From: an uncultured Clostridia bacterium
Lineage (GTDB): Bacteria > Bacillota > Clostridia > Christensenellales > UBA3700
Reading direction: 5' to 3'
Length of the DNA: 34,311 nucleotides
Assembly: GCA_944383935.1 (NCBI GenBank)
Contig: CALWRK010000004.1
Span: 1 to 34,311, forward strand
In this document: positions 27,223-34,311 of the stretch, one piece after another
Position numbering within the stretch: the stretch's first letter is position 1
How the letters are laid out: every line of letters begins with the position of its first letter
Notes under the pieces: model-generated
What the model was told of the DNA's origin: nothing
Databases searched by the model: none
What the model saw: only the letters and a program-made list of their open reading frames with translations
Program-made: the position numbers and the translations under genes

Positions 27223-28719
27223 TTAGAATACGCCGAAGCAGGCAAGCAAGACGCCCGCAGCGACTGCAGAGCCGATAACGCCGGAGACGTTAGGACCCAT
27301 TGCGTGCATGAGCAGATAGTTGTTGGGATTTTCTTCCTGCCCCACGTTATGTGCTATACGCGCAGCCATAGGCACGGCGGATACGCCCGCGGCGCCGATG
27401 ATGGGGTTTATCTTGCCCTTTGTGACAGCACACATCAGCTTTCCTATAAGTACGCCGCCCGCGGTGCCCAAAGCGAATGCCACGACGCCGATGACGAGTA
27501 TGAGCAGGGTCTGAGTGGTAAGGAAGTTGTCTGCCGTAGCCTTGGAGCCGACCATTACACCCAAGAGAATGGTGACGATATTGATGAGCTCGTTGCTCGC
27601 CGTCTTTGCAAGACGAGGCACGACTCCCGATTCCCTGAACAGGTTACCCAGCATGAGCATACCTATAAGCGGTATTGCCGAAGGCAGGAGCACGCCCACG
27701 ACGCCCGTAACCACCAGCGGGAAGATGACCTTCTCCGTCTTGGATACGGGACGGAGCTGTTCCATGACGATTCCCCTCTCCTTCTTCGTGGTGAGCAGCT
27801 TGATGATAGGCGGCTGAATTATCTTTATCAGAGCCATATACGAGTAAGCCGCAACCGCTATGGACGCCAGCAAGTGAGGCGCCAGCTTTGTGGTGACGTA
27901 TATAGCCGTAGGACCGTCCGCGCCTCCGATGATACCGATGGAAGCAGCTTCTTCGCCCGTGAAACCGATAAGGATCGCCACGGTGAAAGTGACGAATATA
28001 CCCAGCTGAGCCGCCGCGCCCATGAGCATACTGCTCGGGTTGGCTATCATGGGACCGAAGTCCGTCATCGCGCCGATGCCCATAAAGATGAGCGGCGGGA
28101 AGATGACCCATTCAACGCCTTTATACAGGTAATAGAAAATACCTTCGTTTGCCACCACGCCGGATGCCACGGAGATGGTATTACCCGCATATATGCTGGA
28201 AGTATTTATGTAATCGAGGATAACGCCCTGTATGGACAGCCCCGATTCCGCCGTCCACGGCACGCTTTCAATAAGCAGTTGCTGCGCTTGTGCACTCAGT
28301 GCGCCCCATGTTTCGGGGATACTCTCCAAGTTGAGGCTTGCAAGCGCACTCGCGAATGCGTTGTGATCGATATTGTACGCCCACGCCAGATTGTACGCCC
28401 ACGCCAGCAGTGACTGCTCAGTGCCCTTTGCTATCACGGTATCCGTTACCGTATCCGTGATTATCCAGCCCGTGGTGCCGTACAATATATTGTACGCGCC
28501 CGGTATATTTATAATAAACATACCAAAGCCGATTGCCACCAGCAAGTTGGGCTCGAATTCTTTATATACTGCCAAATAGATGAGAATACACGCTATCGCC
28601 AGCATTATAAAGTTTTTCCAGATGCCCGCGCCCGTAGTCATGAAGCCCGTGCTCTCCCACAGGGTCTTCATCGCCTCTACGAACTCGAACGAGGAAAGTG
28701 AAGAGAATATATCTACCAT
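27223..28719 (-). CDS. oadB: Na+-translocating decarboxylase beta subunit
   Basis: FEPNLL, IFMGIGAMTDFGP, GIIGGADGPT, AAYSYM, GVSAVPMAAR, HAMGPNVSGVIGSA. Carries a ~115-aa insertion. Confidence 0.95.
   Translation of the reverse strand: MVDIFSSLSSFEFVEAMKTLWESTGFMTTGAGIWKNFIMLAIACILIYLAVYKEFEPNLLVAIGFGMFIINIPGAYNILYGTTGWIITDTVTDTVIAKGTEQSLLAWAYNLAWAYNIDHNAFASALASLNLESIPETWGALSAQAQQLLIESVPWTAESGLSIQGVILDYINTSSIYAGNTISVASGVVANEGIFYYLYKGVEWVIFPPLIFMGIGAMTDFGPMIANPSSMLMGAAAQLGIFVTFTVAILIGFTGEEAASIGIIGGADGPTAIYVTTKLAPHLLASIAVAAYSYMALIKIIQPPIIKLLTTKKERGIVMEQLRPVSKTEKVIFPLVVTGVVGVLLPSAIPLIGMLMLGNLFRESGVVPRLAKTASNELINIVTILLGVMVGSKATADNFLTTQTLLILVIGVVAFALGTAGGVLIGKLMCAVTKGKINPIIGAAGVSAVPMAARIAHNVGQEENPNNYLLMHAMGPNVSGVIGSAVAAGVLLACFGVF
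28372..28407 (-). repeat. Exact 18-bp in-frame tandem duplication (LAWAYN x2) in oadB
   Basis: attgtacgcccacgccag at 28372-28389 and 28390-28407. Confidence 0.95.
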
Positions 28720-28735
28720 ACTTACCTCCGCGGCA

Positions 28736-29131
28736 TTAAGCTATGGTGCAAAGCAATGCGCCGGTGTCTACGTTGGCGCCTTCGTTTACGCAATAAGTGA
28801 TCACGCCGGACTTGGGCGCAACAACGGGAGTATCCATCTTCATGGCTTCCAAAGTGATTATCTCTTTGCCCTCTTCAACGGTGGCTCCGTTGGAATAGCA
28901 CAGCTTCTTGACCAGACCGGGCATGGGGGAATTCACCGGATCGCCCTTGCCTGCCGCTGCGGGAGCGGGAGCTGCTGCGGGAGCGGGGGCTGCTGCGGGT
29001 GCTGCGGGAGCTGCCGCCACGGGTGCCGCGGCTACGGGAGCCGCAGGTGCGGGTGCGGCTGCAATACCGCCCACTTCCTCTACTTCTACGGCGTAAGATT
29101 TACCATTGACGTTTACATTGAACTTGCGCAT
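28736..29131 (-). CDS. Biotin carboxyl carrier subunit (MmdC/GcdC/1.3S type)
   Basis: MRKFNVNVNGKSYAVEVEE N-terminus, Ala/Pro linker, SPMPG, EAMKM biotinylation site. Confidence 0.95.
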   Translation of the reverse strand: MRKFNVNVNGKSYAVEVEEVGGIAAAPAPAAPVAAAPVAAAPAAPAAAPAPAAAPAPAAAGKGDPVNSPMPGLVKKLCYSNGATVEEGKEIITLEAMKMDTPVVAPKSGVITYCVNEGANVDTGALLCTIA

Positions 29132-29161
29132 TTTTTATTTCTCCTTGAATAATTTTCTTTA

Positions 29162-29701
29162 TTATTTGATCTCTTTTATAGAGCGTACGCGGAATTTCAG
29201 GTTGGAACGCTCGTATGCGGGCATTGCGACTTCGTAGTAGGCGTATATCGCTGCCATAACCGCCGCAATCTCCTCTTCCTCATCGGAATTCGCGCTTGCC
29301 GCCTCGGCTGCGGGCGCATTGCTCTTCTTGCTTGCTTCAAGCCTGGCGCGCGCGGCTTCCAGCTTGGCTTGCTTTTCTGCAGCCCTCCTCGCCTTTGCCT
29401 CCGCCTTGCGTTGGGCTCTGTCCTTACCCTTTCCTTCCGACGCTTTCTCCGCAGCATCTACCATGGCTTTGAATGCCTTGATGAGGAAGATAAGCACGAT
29501 AAGCACCACGAATACGACGATAAGACCGATTGCAGCCACCTGAAGTCCGGTGAGCAGCCTCTCTCCGCCATTCATATCCGCAATGCCCATATCGTCCGGT
29601 TCCGCCGGGTCGCTTATCATCTCACAGGCGCCGAAAGCCAGCGTCATACACACGATGAGCGCCATAAGGGCAAGGGTGATGAAAAGTTTTTTCTTGTTCA
29701 T
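29162..29701 (-). CDS. oadG: OadG/MmdD-family membrane subunit with a lipoprotein-like signal peptide
   Basis: GLIVVFVVLIVLIFLI TM helix, EEEIAAVMAAI, C-terminal FRVRSIK; N-terminus MNKKK..LAFGAC. Confidence 0.85.
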   Translation of the reverse strand: MNKKKLFITLALMALIVCMTLAFGACEMISDPAEPDDMGIADMNGGERLLTGLQVAAIGLIVVFVVLIVLIFLIKAFKAMVDAAEKASEGKGKDRAQRKAEAKARRAAEKQAKLEAARARLEASKKSNAPAAEAASANSDEEEEIAAVMAAIYAYYEVAMPAYERSNLKFRVRSIKEIK

Positions 29702-29714
29702 ATGTTGCCCTGCC

Positions 29715-31106
29715 TTATATACCTAATAACATCAAGAGCGCGGAGCTCACGCAAGGGCGAATGTTGCCCGCTTCTATCACGTTGTCTATATAACCTTCTC
29801 CCGCCGCAGTGAGGGGATTTGCCATATCGTCGTTAAACTTTTTCTCCAACGCCTTCATACTCTTCGCCGTCTTGCCCTGTTTGAGCTCTTCGGTGTAGAA
29901 CACATGGACGCCGGTGTCCGCAGTCACGGGAGCCACTTTCGCGTCTGTGGTGGCGAGCGTATAGTCGAAGCCTATACCCTTGCTCATGAGTGCGGAGTAT
30001 GCCGCGCCCACCGCGTTGCCGCAAGCCACGGCTATCATGGGATGTTCGTAAGACGCAACCGCCTTGAAAAGGCAAGCCGTCTTGCACGCAAATCCGGACA
30101 GCTCCTGTTTGAGATCGGGATTAAAGCCCTTGCTGTCCACCAAAGAGATGAGGGGCAGACCGAACGCGTTGGCTTTATTGATAAAGCCCGCAGCTTTCTT
30201 CACCCCGTCTTCGCTCATATATCCGTCATTTTCGCCACTGTCTTGCGCAACTATCGCCACGCTGATGCCGTTCACCTTTGCGTAAGCGCAAACCACATCT
30301 TTGGCGTAATCGGCGTTTATTTCTATATATTTGCCGCCGTCCGTAAGAGCTTCCAGCGCGCCTTTCACGCTGTACTTTTTGGTGAGAGCGGACATCACGC
30401 GGTTGGGATCGTCATCCACGCCCTCCTTCTCCACTATGCCTACGGTGGCAAGGAGGTCTACGAGTTTGCCCTTCAAATCCTTTAATGAAGAGTAGGTATC
30501 GGACGCCAAGGCGCTTGTTTCTTTATATGCGTCATAGCCTACCATCTTGTTAAGTTTGGGAACGGCAGTTAACTTGGAAGCCAAATACATGGGGGAATTC
30601 ACGGACATCACCGCATCCTTGCTCATATATACATAGTCCGCCATTGCCGCAAACGTGGCGGTCATGCCCACGGCTACGCCCTTGACTATACAGATATGAG
30701 GCACCGTTTCCGCCACTTCCGCCGCCAAAGCCAAAAGCGAAGCATACGCTTCCATAACCGCGGCGCCCTCATCCAGCCTCGCACCCGAACAGTCGAGTAC
30801 GGAGATGAGCGGTGTGCCCGTTGCGCACGCCCTCTTCATGCACTTGGCAATCTTCTTTGCGGAAGCCGCGCCTATGCTGCCCAGCATCACATCCGCGTTT
30901 TGTGCAAAGATGTGTACCGGAGTGCCCTCTATCGTGGCATATCCGGTTACGACGCCTTCACCCAAAGCGCCCTCTCGCGCGCCGACCACGAACGCGTCCG
31001 TTTCGACAAACGAAGCCTCGTCCACGATGCCGTCGATAAAACTCTGCGCTTTTTCGCTGACTTTATCCACGGCAGCCTGCGCCGACACCAGTTCCTTTTT
31101 GTCCAT
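29715..31106 (-). CDS. Divergent acyl-CoA carboxyltransferase-family protein (PccB/MmdA/12S fold)
   Basis: GEGVVTGYATIEG, FAQN, LDCSGARLDEG, LISLVDSKGF, AAGEGYIDNVI; the Gly-rich oxyanion motifs are altered. Confidence 0.88.
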   Translation of the reverse strand: MDKKELVSAQAAVDKVSEKAQSFIDGIVDEASFVETDAFVVGAREGALGEGVVTGYATIEGTPVHIFAQNADVMLGSIGAASAKKIAKCMKRACATGTPLISVLDCSGARLDEGAAVMEAYASLLALAAEVAETVPHICIVKGVAVGMTATFAAMADYVYMSKDAVMSVNSPMYLASKLTAVPKLNKMVGYDAYKETSALASDTYSSLKDLKGKLVDLLATVGIVEKEGVDDDPNRVMSALTKKYSVKGALEALTDGGKYIEINADYAKDVVCAYAKVNGISVAIVAQDSGENDGYMSEDGVKKAAGFINKANAFGLPLISLVDSKGFNPDLKQELSGFACKTACLFKAVASYEHPMIAVACGNAVGAAYSALMSKGIGFDYTLATTDAKVAPVTADTGVHVFYTEELKQGKTAKSMKALEKKFNDDMANPLTAAGEGYIDNVIEAGNIRPCVSSALLMLLGI

Positions 31107-31172
31107 TATAAAAACCTCCGAAATTTTCGAGTTGATTTACTTGGTATGCAAAAACAATTTGCACTATTACTA

Positions 31173-31201
31173 ATTGTATAATTAAAGTAAAAAATTTGCA
31201 A
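31173..31201 (-). promoter_or_regulatory. SigA-type promoter of the decarboxylase operon
   Basis: TTGCAA-17 nt-TACAAT. Confidence 0.65.
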
Positions 31202-31278
31202 GCGATTGACCGCGATTTTCTCACTTTTTGCGACAAAATTTTAACTCAGAAACCACTTTACTTACCCGACCGCAAAGG

Positions 31279-31301
31279 AAAAGCGCCGATAAAGCGGCGC
31301 T
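31279..31301 (-). terminator. Intrinsic terminator after rluB
   Basis: Minus strand agcgccg-ctttat-cggcgct-ttt. Confidence 0.6.
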
Positions 31302-31331
31302 GCCTGTACTTATGGAAATTATGCGGCTGTT

Positions 31332-32045
31332 TTACAGATTTTTGAGGTATGCCACCTCGTCTTCATGAAGATAGCGCCACGCTCCGCGCGCCAAACCGCC
31401 CAGCCTCAAATCGCCTATGGCTATCCTCTTCAAAAATACGACTCTCCTCTCCACCGCTTCGAACATACGCCTAACCTGTCTGTTTCTGCCCTCCGTGATG
31501 GTGACGGTCAGCTTTGCGCCGTCCTCGCCCTGCTCCAACAGCTTGACCTTGCTGCGCTTGGTCATCACCCCGTCTATCTCTACGCCCTTGCGCAATTTTG
31601 CGAGTATATGTTCGGGAAACTGCCCTTCCGCCCTTACAAGATAGGTCTTGGGCACTTCCCCCGAAGGGTGAGCCAAGCGGTTTACGAGATCTCCGTCGTT
31701 GGTCAAGAGCAGCAGTCCCTCCGTGTCGTAGTCCAGCCTGCCCACAGGCACCAAATGCGGGACATTGACGTCTATGTAGTCATACACAGTCTTTCTCCCC
31801 TTGTCGTCGCGCACGGAAGTGATGCACCCCTTGGGCTTATACAACATTATATATGTAAATTTAGACACGGGGACGACCTTTTTGCCGTCCACCATGACCG
31901 TGTCATTATCCGTTTCTATCTTTGTCCCCGGCTGAGTCACCACCGCGGAGTTCACCTTTACTCTGCCCGAAAGTATGAGCTCATCCGCGCCCCTGCGCGA
32001 CGCCGCTCCGCAACTTGCAAGATATTTGTTCAGCCTCACTTCCAT
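31332..32045 (-). CDS. rluB: RsuA/RluB-family pseudouridine synthase
   Basis: RLNKYLA..SRR S4 domain, YKPKG, VGRLDYDTEGLLLLTNDG, EGRNRQVRRM. Confidence 0.93.
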   Translation of the reverse strand: MEVRLNKYLASCGAASRRGADELILSGRVKVNSAVVTQPGTKIETDNDTVMVDGKKVVPVSKFTYIMLYKPKGCITSVRDDKGRKTVYDYIDVNVPHLVPVGRLDYDTEGLLLLTNDGDLVNRLAHPSGEVPKTYLVRAEGQFPEHILAKLRKGVEIDGVMTKRSKVKLLEQGEDGAKLTVTITEGRNRQVRRMFEAVERRVVFLKRIAIGDLRLGGLARGAWRYLHEDEVAYLKNL

Positions 32046-33144
32046 ACTCCGCCACCATCTCCGAATCGTAATTTGTCACGGCATAAAGCTGCCTGACGTC
32101 GGTTATATCATTTATAGTATATAATGCGGAGGAAAAAAGCAAGCGATTATCCGCAAAAACCTCTATTCTGCCTATGTCGCTGCCCGCTTTCACGGGTAAA
32201 TCCAACCTGTCGAGTGCAGTTATTTCATAGCGTAACTTACCTATATCCGACTTTTTTGCGGCAAAATCCAAGCCGCCCCTCACGCTCACGGCCACCCCCT
32301 CTCCGCCGTAGAGCTCCTCTCCCTCGCCCGCTCCGCGCACGGCGCAGTAATCGGAAAACGCCTTATCCATATATGCCATGCTGTCCTGCCACATATTGTA
32401 ATGATTGAGAACTACGCACACCAGCTGCATTCCATCTCTTTCGGCGGCGCTCACAAGACATCTGCCCGCTTTCGTGGTGTACCCCGTCTTTACGCCGTTG
32501 GCGCCGTCATACATATTCAGCATCTTATTTTTATTGTACCAAGTGCGCGCTGCGGTATACTCGCTTGCGGGTATGTCGAACTTTTTTGCGGAAACTATCT
32601 CTTTGAATGTTGCGTTATTCATAGCGTCGCTCGTTATCAGCGCAAGGTCGCGAGCAGAGGTATAATGCTCGTCATCGTGCAGCCCGTGCGGATTGCAGAA
32701 ATGTGTGTTTTCAAGATGGAGGCTATGAGCATAATCGTTCATCATTTTAACAAAATTGTCCATATTTCCTCCGGCATGAAGAGCGAGCGCAACCGCCGCG
32801 TCGTTGCCCGATTGAAGCATGAGAGCGTACAACAGCTGCAAAACGGTAAACCGCTCCCCCTGTTTGAGATAGACGGAGGAGCCCTCTATGCCGACTGCTT
32901 GCTCGGGAATGATAACTTCTTGTGAAAGCTCGCACGAATTCAGCACCGTAACAGCCGTTGCAATCTTAGTGGTGCTTGCCATGGGGAGAGGTAAATCCAT
33001 GTTATTCCCCGCCAAAATCTGCCCGCTTTTTTGATACATGACCACATAAGACGAGCCCGATTCGGCTGCGCATTTTCTACAACTTATTGTTATAATTGTA
33101 GAGATTATTATGAAAATAAGAATAATTGATAATAGTTTTAGCAA
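31981..33144 (-). CDS. dacB: D-alanyl-D-alanine carboxypeptidase (S11, DacB-like)
   Basis: ASTTK (SxxK), SGN (SxN), NPHGL, VKTGYT; N-terminal signal/anchor. The TTG 33144 start is tentative. Confidence 0.88.
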   Translation of the reverse strand: MLKLLSIILIFIIISTIITISCRKCAAESGSSYVVMYQKSGQILAGNNMDLPLPMASTTKIATAVTVLNSCELSQEVIIPEQAVGIEGSSVYLKQGERFTVLQLLYALMLQSGNDAAVALALHAGGNMDNFVKMMNDYAHSLHLENTHFCNPHGLHDDEHYTSARDLALITSDAMNNATFKEIVSAKKFDIPASEYTAARTWYNKNKMLNMYDGANGVKTGYTTKAGRCLVSAAERDGMQLVCVVLNHYNMWQDSMAYMDKAFSDYCAVRGAGEGEELYGGEGVAVSVRGGLDFAAKKSDIGKLRYEITALDRLDLPVKAGSDIGRIEVFADNRLLFSSALYTINDITDVRQLYAVTNYDSEMVAEYGSEAEQISCKLRSGVAQGRG

Positions 33145-33149
33145 TATTT

Positions 33150-33506
33150 TTACTTCTTTATCACATTTAACGCCGCTTTTGCCAAGTTCAACCATTTATT
33201 CTCCTCCTTATCTTCCTTTTCCTCAACTACCCTGTATTCTCCGTTTTCTTTAATTAAGAAACCGCACGGCGTCAAAGTCACGCCACCGCCGCCCGCCGTT
33301 GCGAACGGGAATCGCAACATACTCTTAGGCGAGCTTTCACTATACTCTCCCCCGCCGTACACAAATCCGACAGACACCTTACAATAGGGAATCACCACGG
33401 TGTTTTCATCCAGCTTCACCGGTTCCCCCACTACATTGCCTCCCCCCGCCATCTGCTTCAAGTTTTCCATGGTCAATCCCATTATATCCATAATTGTTTT
33501 ATCCAT
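33150..33506 (-). CDS. ytfJ: Sporulation protein YtfJ/GerW family (118 aa)
   Basis: VVGEPV..VIPYCKVSVGFVYGGGE..GGGGVTLTPCGFL. GGGAGGAG RBS before MDKT. Confidence 0.9.
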   Translation of the reverse strand: MDKTIMDIMGLTMENLKQMAGGGNVVGEPVKLDENTVVIPYCKVSVGFVYGGGEYSESSPKSMLRFPFATAGGGGVTLTPCGFLIKENGEYRVVEEKEDKEENKWLNLAKAALNVIKK

Positions 33507-33523
33507 ATCTCCTCCCTTTTCTC

Positions 33524-34084
33524 TTATCGTGCAAGTCTTTTCACCTTTCTTCCACTTATTGCCGATCGGAGGGAAAACAGGCTTCCCCACCCCGCCACGG
33601 CAAAGACATTTATCTTCATCCCCTTTACGTCATATGCGGGATTTACGCATACTCCTCCTCTCTTGACTGATACAAACCTATTTATCAGATATATGATCAA
33701 CTCTGTAAGGCATGAATTTACAACGGCAGTATCGGACGCATTCTCCAATCCCGCAGAGGCATTTACCGTGAGCGCCCGTAATTTCAACTTTCCGCGCCGC
33801 CTCTGCTGCCCGTCATGAACTGCACTCTTTTTTTTCCCGCTCTTTCCGTCCCTTTTACCAGTAATATGATGCAGCCTCCCTCCGTTCAACTGGCAATACA
33901 GCCTCCCGTCGCTTTCAAACGCCCTGAAACGCAACACAAGCAGGCTTAAAACGCTTATGCTCGCCGCCGCATACCCTTGCGATAAATCCGCACTCAGCTG
34001 CACTTCTATCCCCGCGCTTACCGCTATCACAAACAGCAGCAAGAAAAACGTAAGCGCGCCCAATATCCACCACGCAAAAATCAT
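33524..34084 (-). CDS. YtfI-like (DUF2953-like) membrane-anchored protein (186 aa)
   Basis: N-terminal TM helix, GLENASDTA motif (cf. GxxDAAxTA), VNPAY. Position directly upstream of ytfJ. Confidence 0.7.
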   Translation of the reverse strand: MIFAWWILGALTFFLLLFVIAVSAGIEVQLSADLSQGYAAASISVLSLLVLRFRAFESDGRLYCQLNGGRLHHITGKRDGKSGKKKSAVHDGQQRRRGKLKLRALTVNASAGLENASDTAVVNSCLTELIIYLINRFVSVKRGGVCVNPAYDVKGMKINVFAVAGWGSLFSLRSAISGRKVKRLAR

Positions 34085-34172
34085 ACGATAATTTTGTGCA
34101 ATGCGAATACTTTTATTAAAACCCGCAAAACCCACGTCGGAACACTTCGATCAAGCATTTTACAAATAATGT

Positions 34173-34303
34173 TACCTTTACCCAACCGCGCCCGAACACA
34201 TTTTACAAATATAATTGATTTTATCTGATATATGTTTTTTGTCTGTATTACTAGTTACCTGTAAAATGCTCGCTTTTAGCGAGGTGGATTTCGTTCAGTT
34301 TTG
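34173..34303 (-). repeat. Structured dispersed repeat, copy B (inverted relative to 184-315)
   Basis: See copy A. An extra gcattttaca arm lies at 34155-34164. Confidence 0.93.
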
Positions 34304-34311
34304 AGGCAGAT

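Noticed and set aside
28940-29065. GC-rich repeats in the biotin carrier gene
   Set aside because: They encode the ordinary Ala/Pro linker of this family.

Overview
A 34.3-kb stretch of core chromosome from a spore-forming Clostridia-type Firmicute (the taxonomy is my inference from gene content). It holds tig-clpP-clpX-engB, rqcH, yggS-sepF-lspA-rluD, a polysaccharide deacetylase coupled to a two-OB-fold ssb, the large SRP RNA followed by an NYN-LOTUS nuclease gene, dCMP deaminase, an M20 peptidase, groES-groEL with a variant CIRCE, a DivIVA-domain gene, galK-lgt-pncB divergent from galT, a five-gene biotin/Na+-pump decarboxylase operon, and ytfI-ytfJ-dacB-rluB. I see no transposase, integrase, phage gene, tRNA or CRISPR array. 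Best leads: (1) a ~130-bp structured repeat in inverted orientation at both ends of the window; (2) an SRP RNA with a non-canonical helix-8 tip directly upstream of a PIN/NYN ribonuclease gene; (3) a decarboxylase operon combining a motif-degenerate carboxyltransferase, a lipoprotein-like OadG and an OadB with a large insertion; (4) a SepF with a YPPQ-repeat N-terminus; (5) a 34-aa ORF missing from the ORF track; (6) several genes that look leaderless. All calls were made by eye from motifs; no database searches were run.
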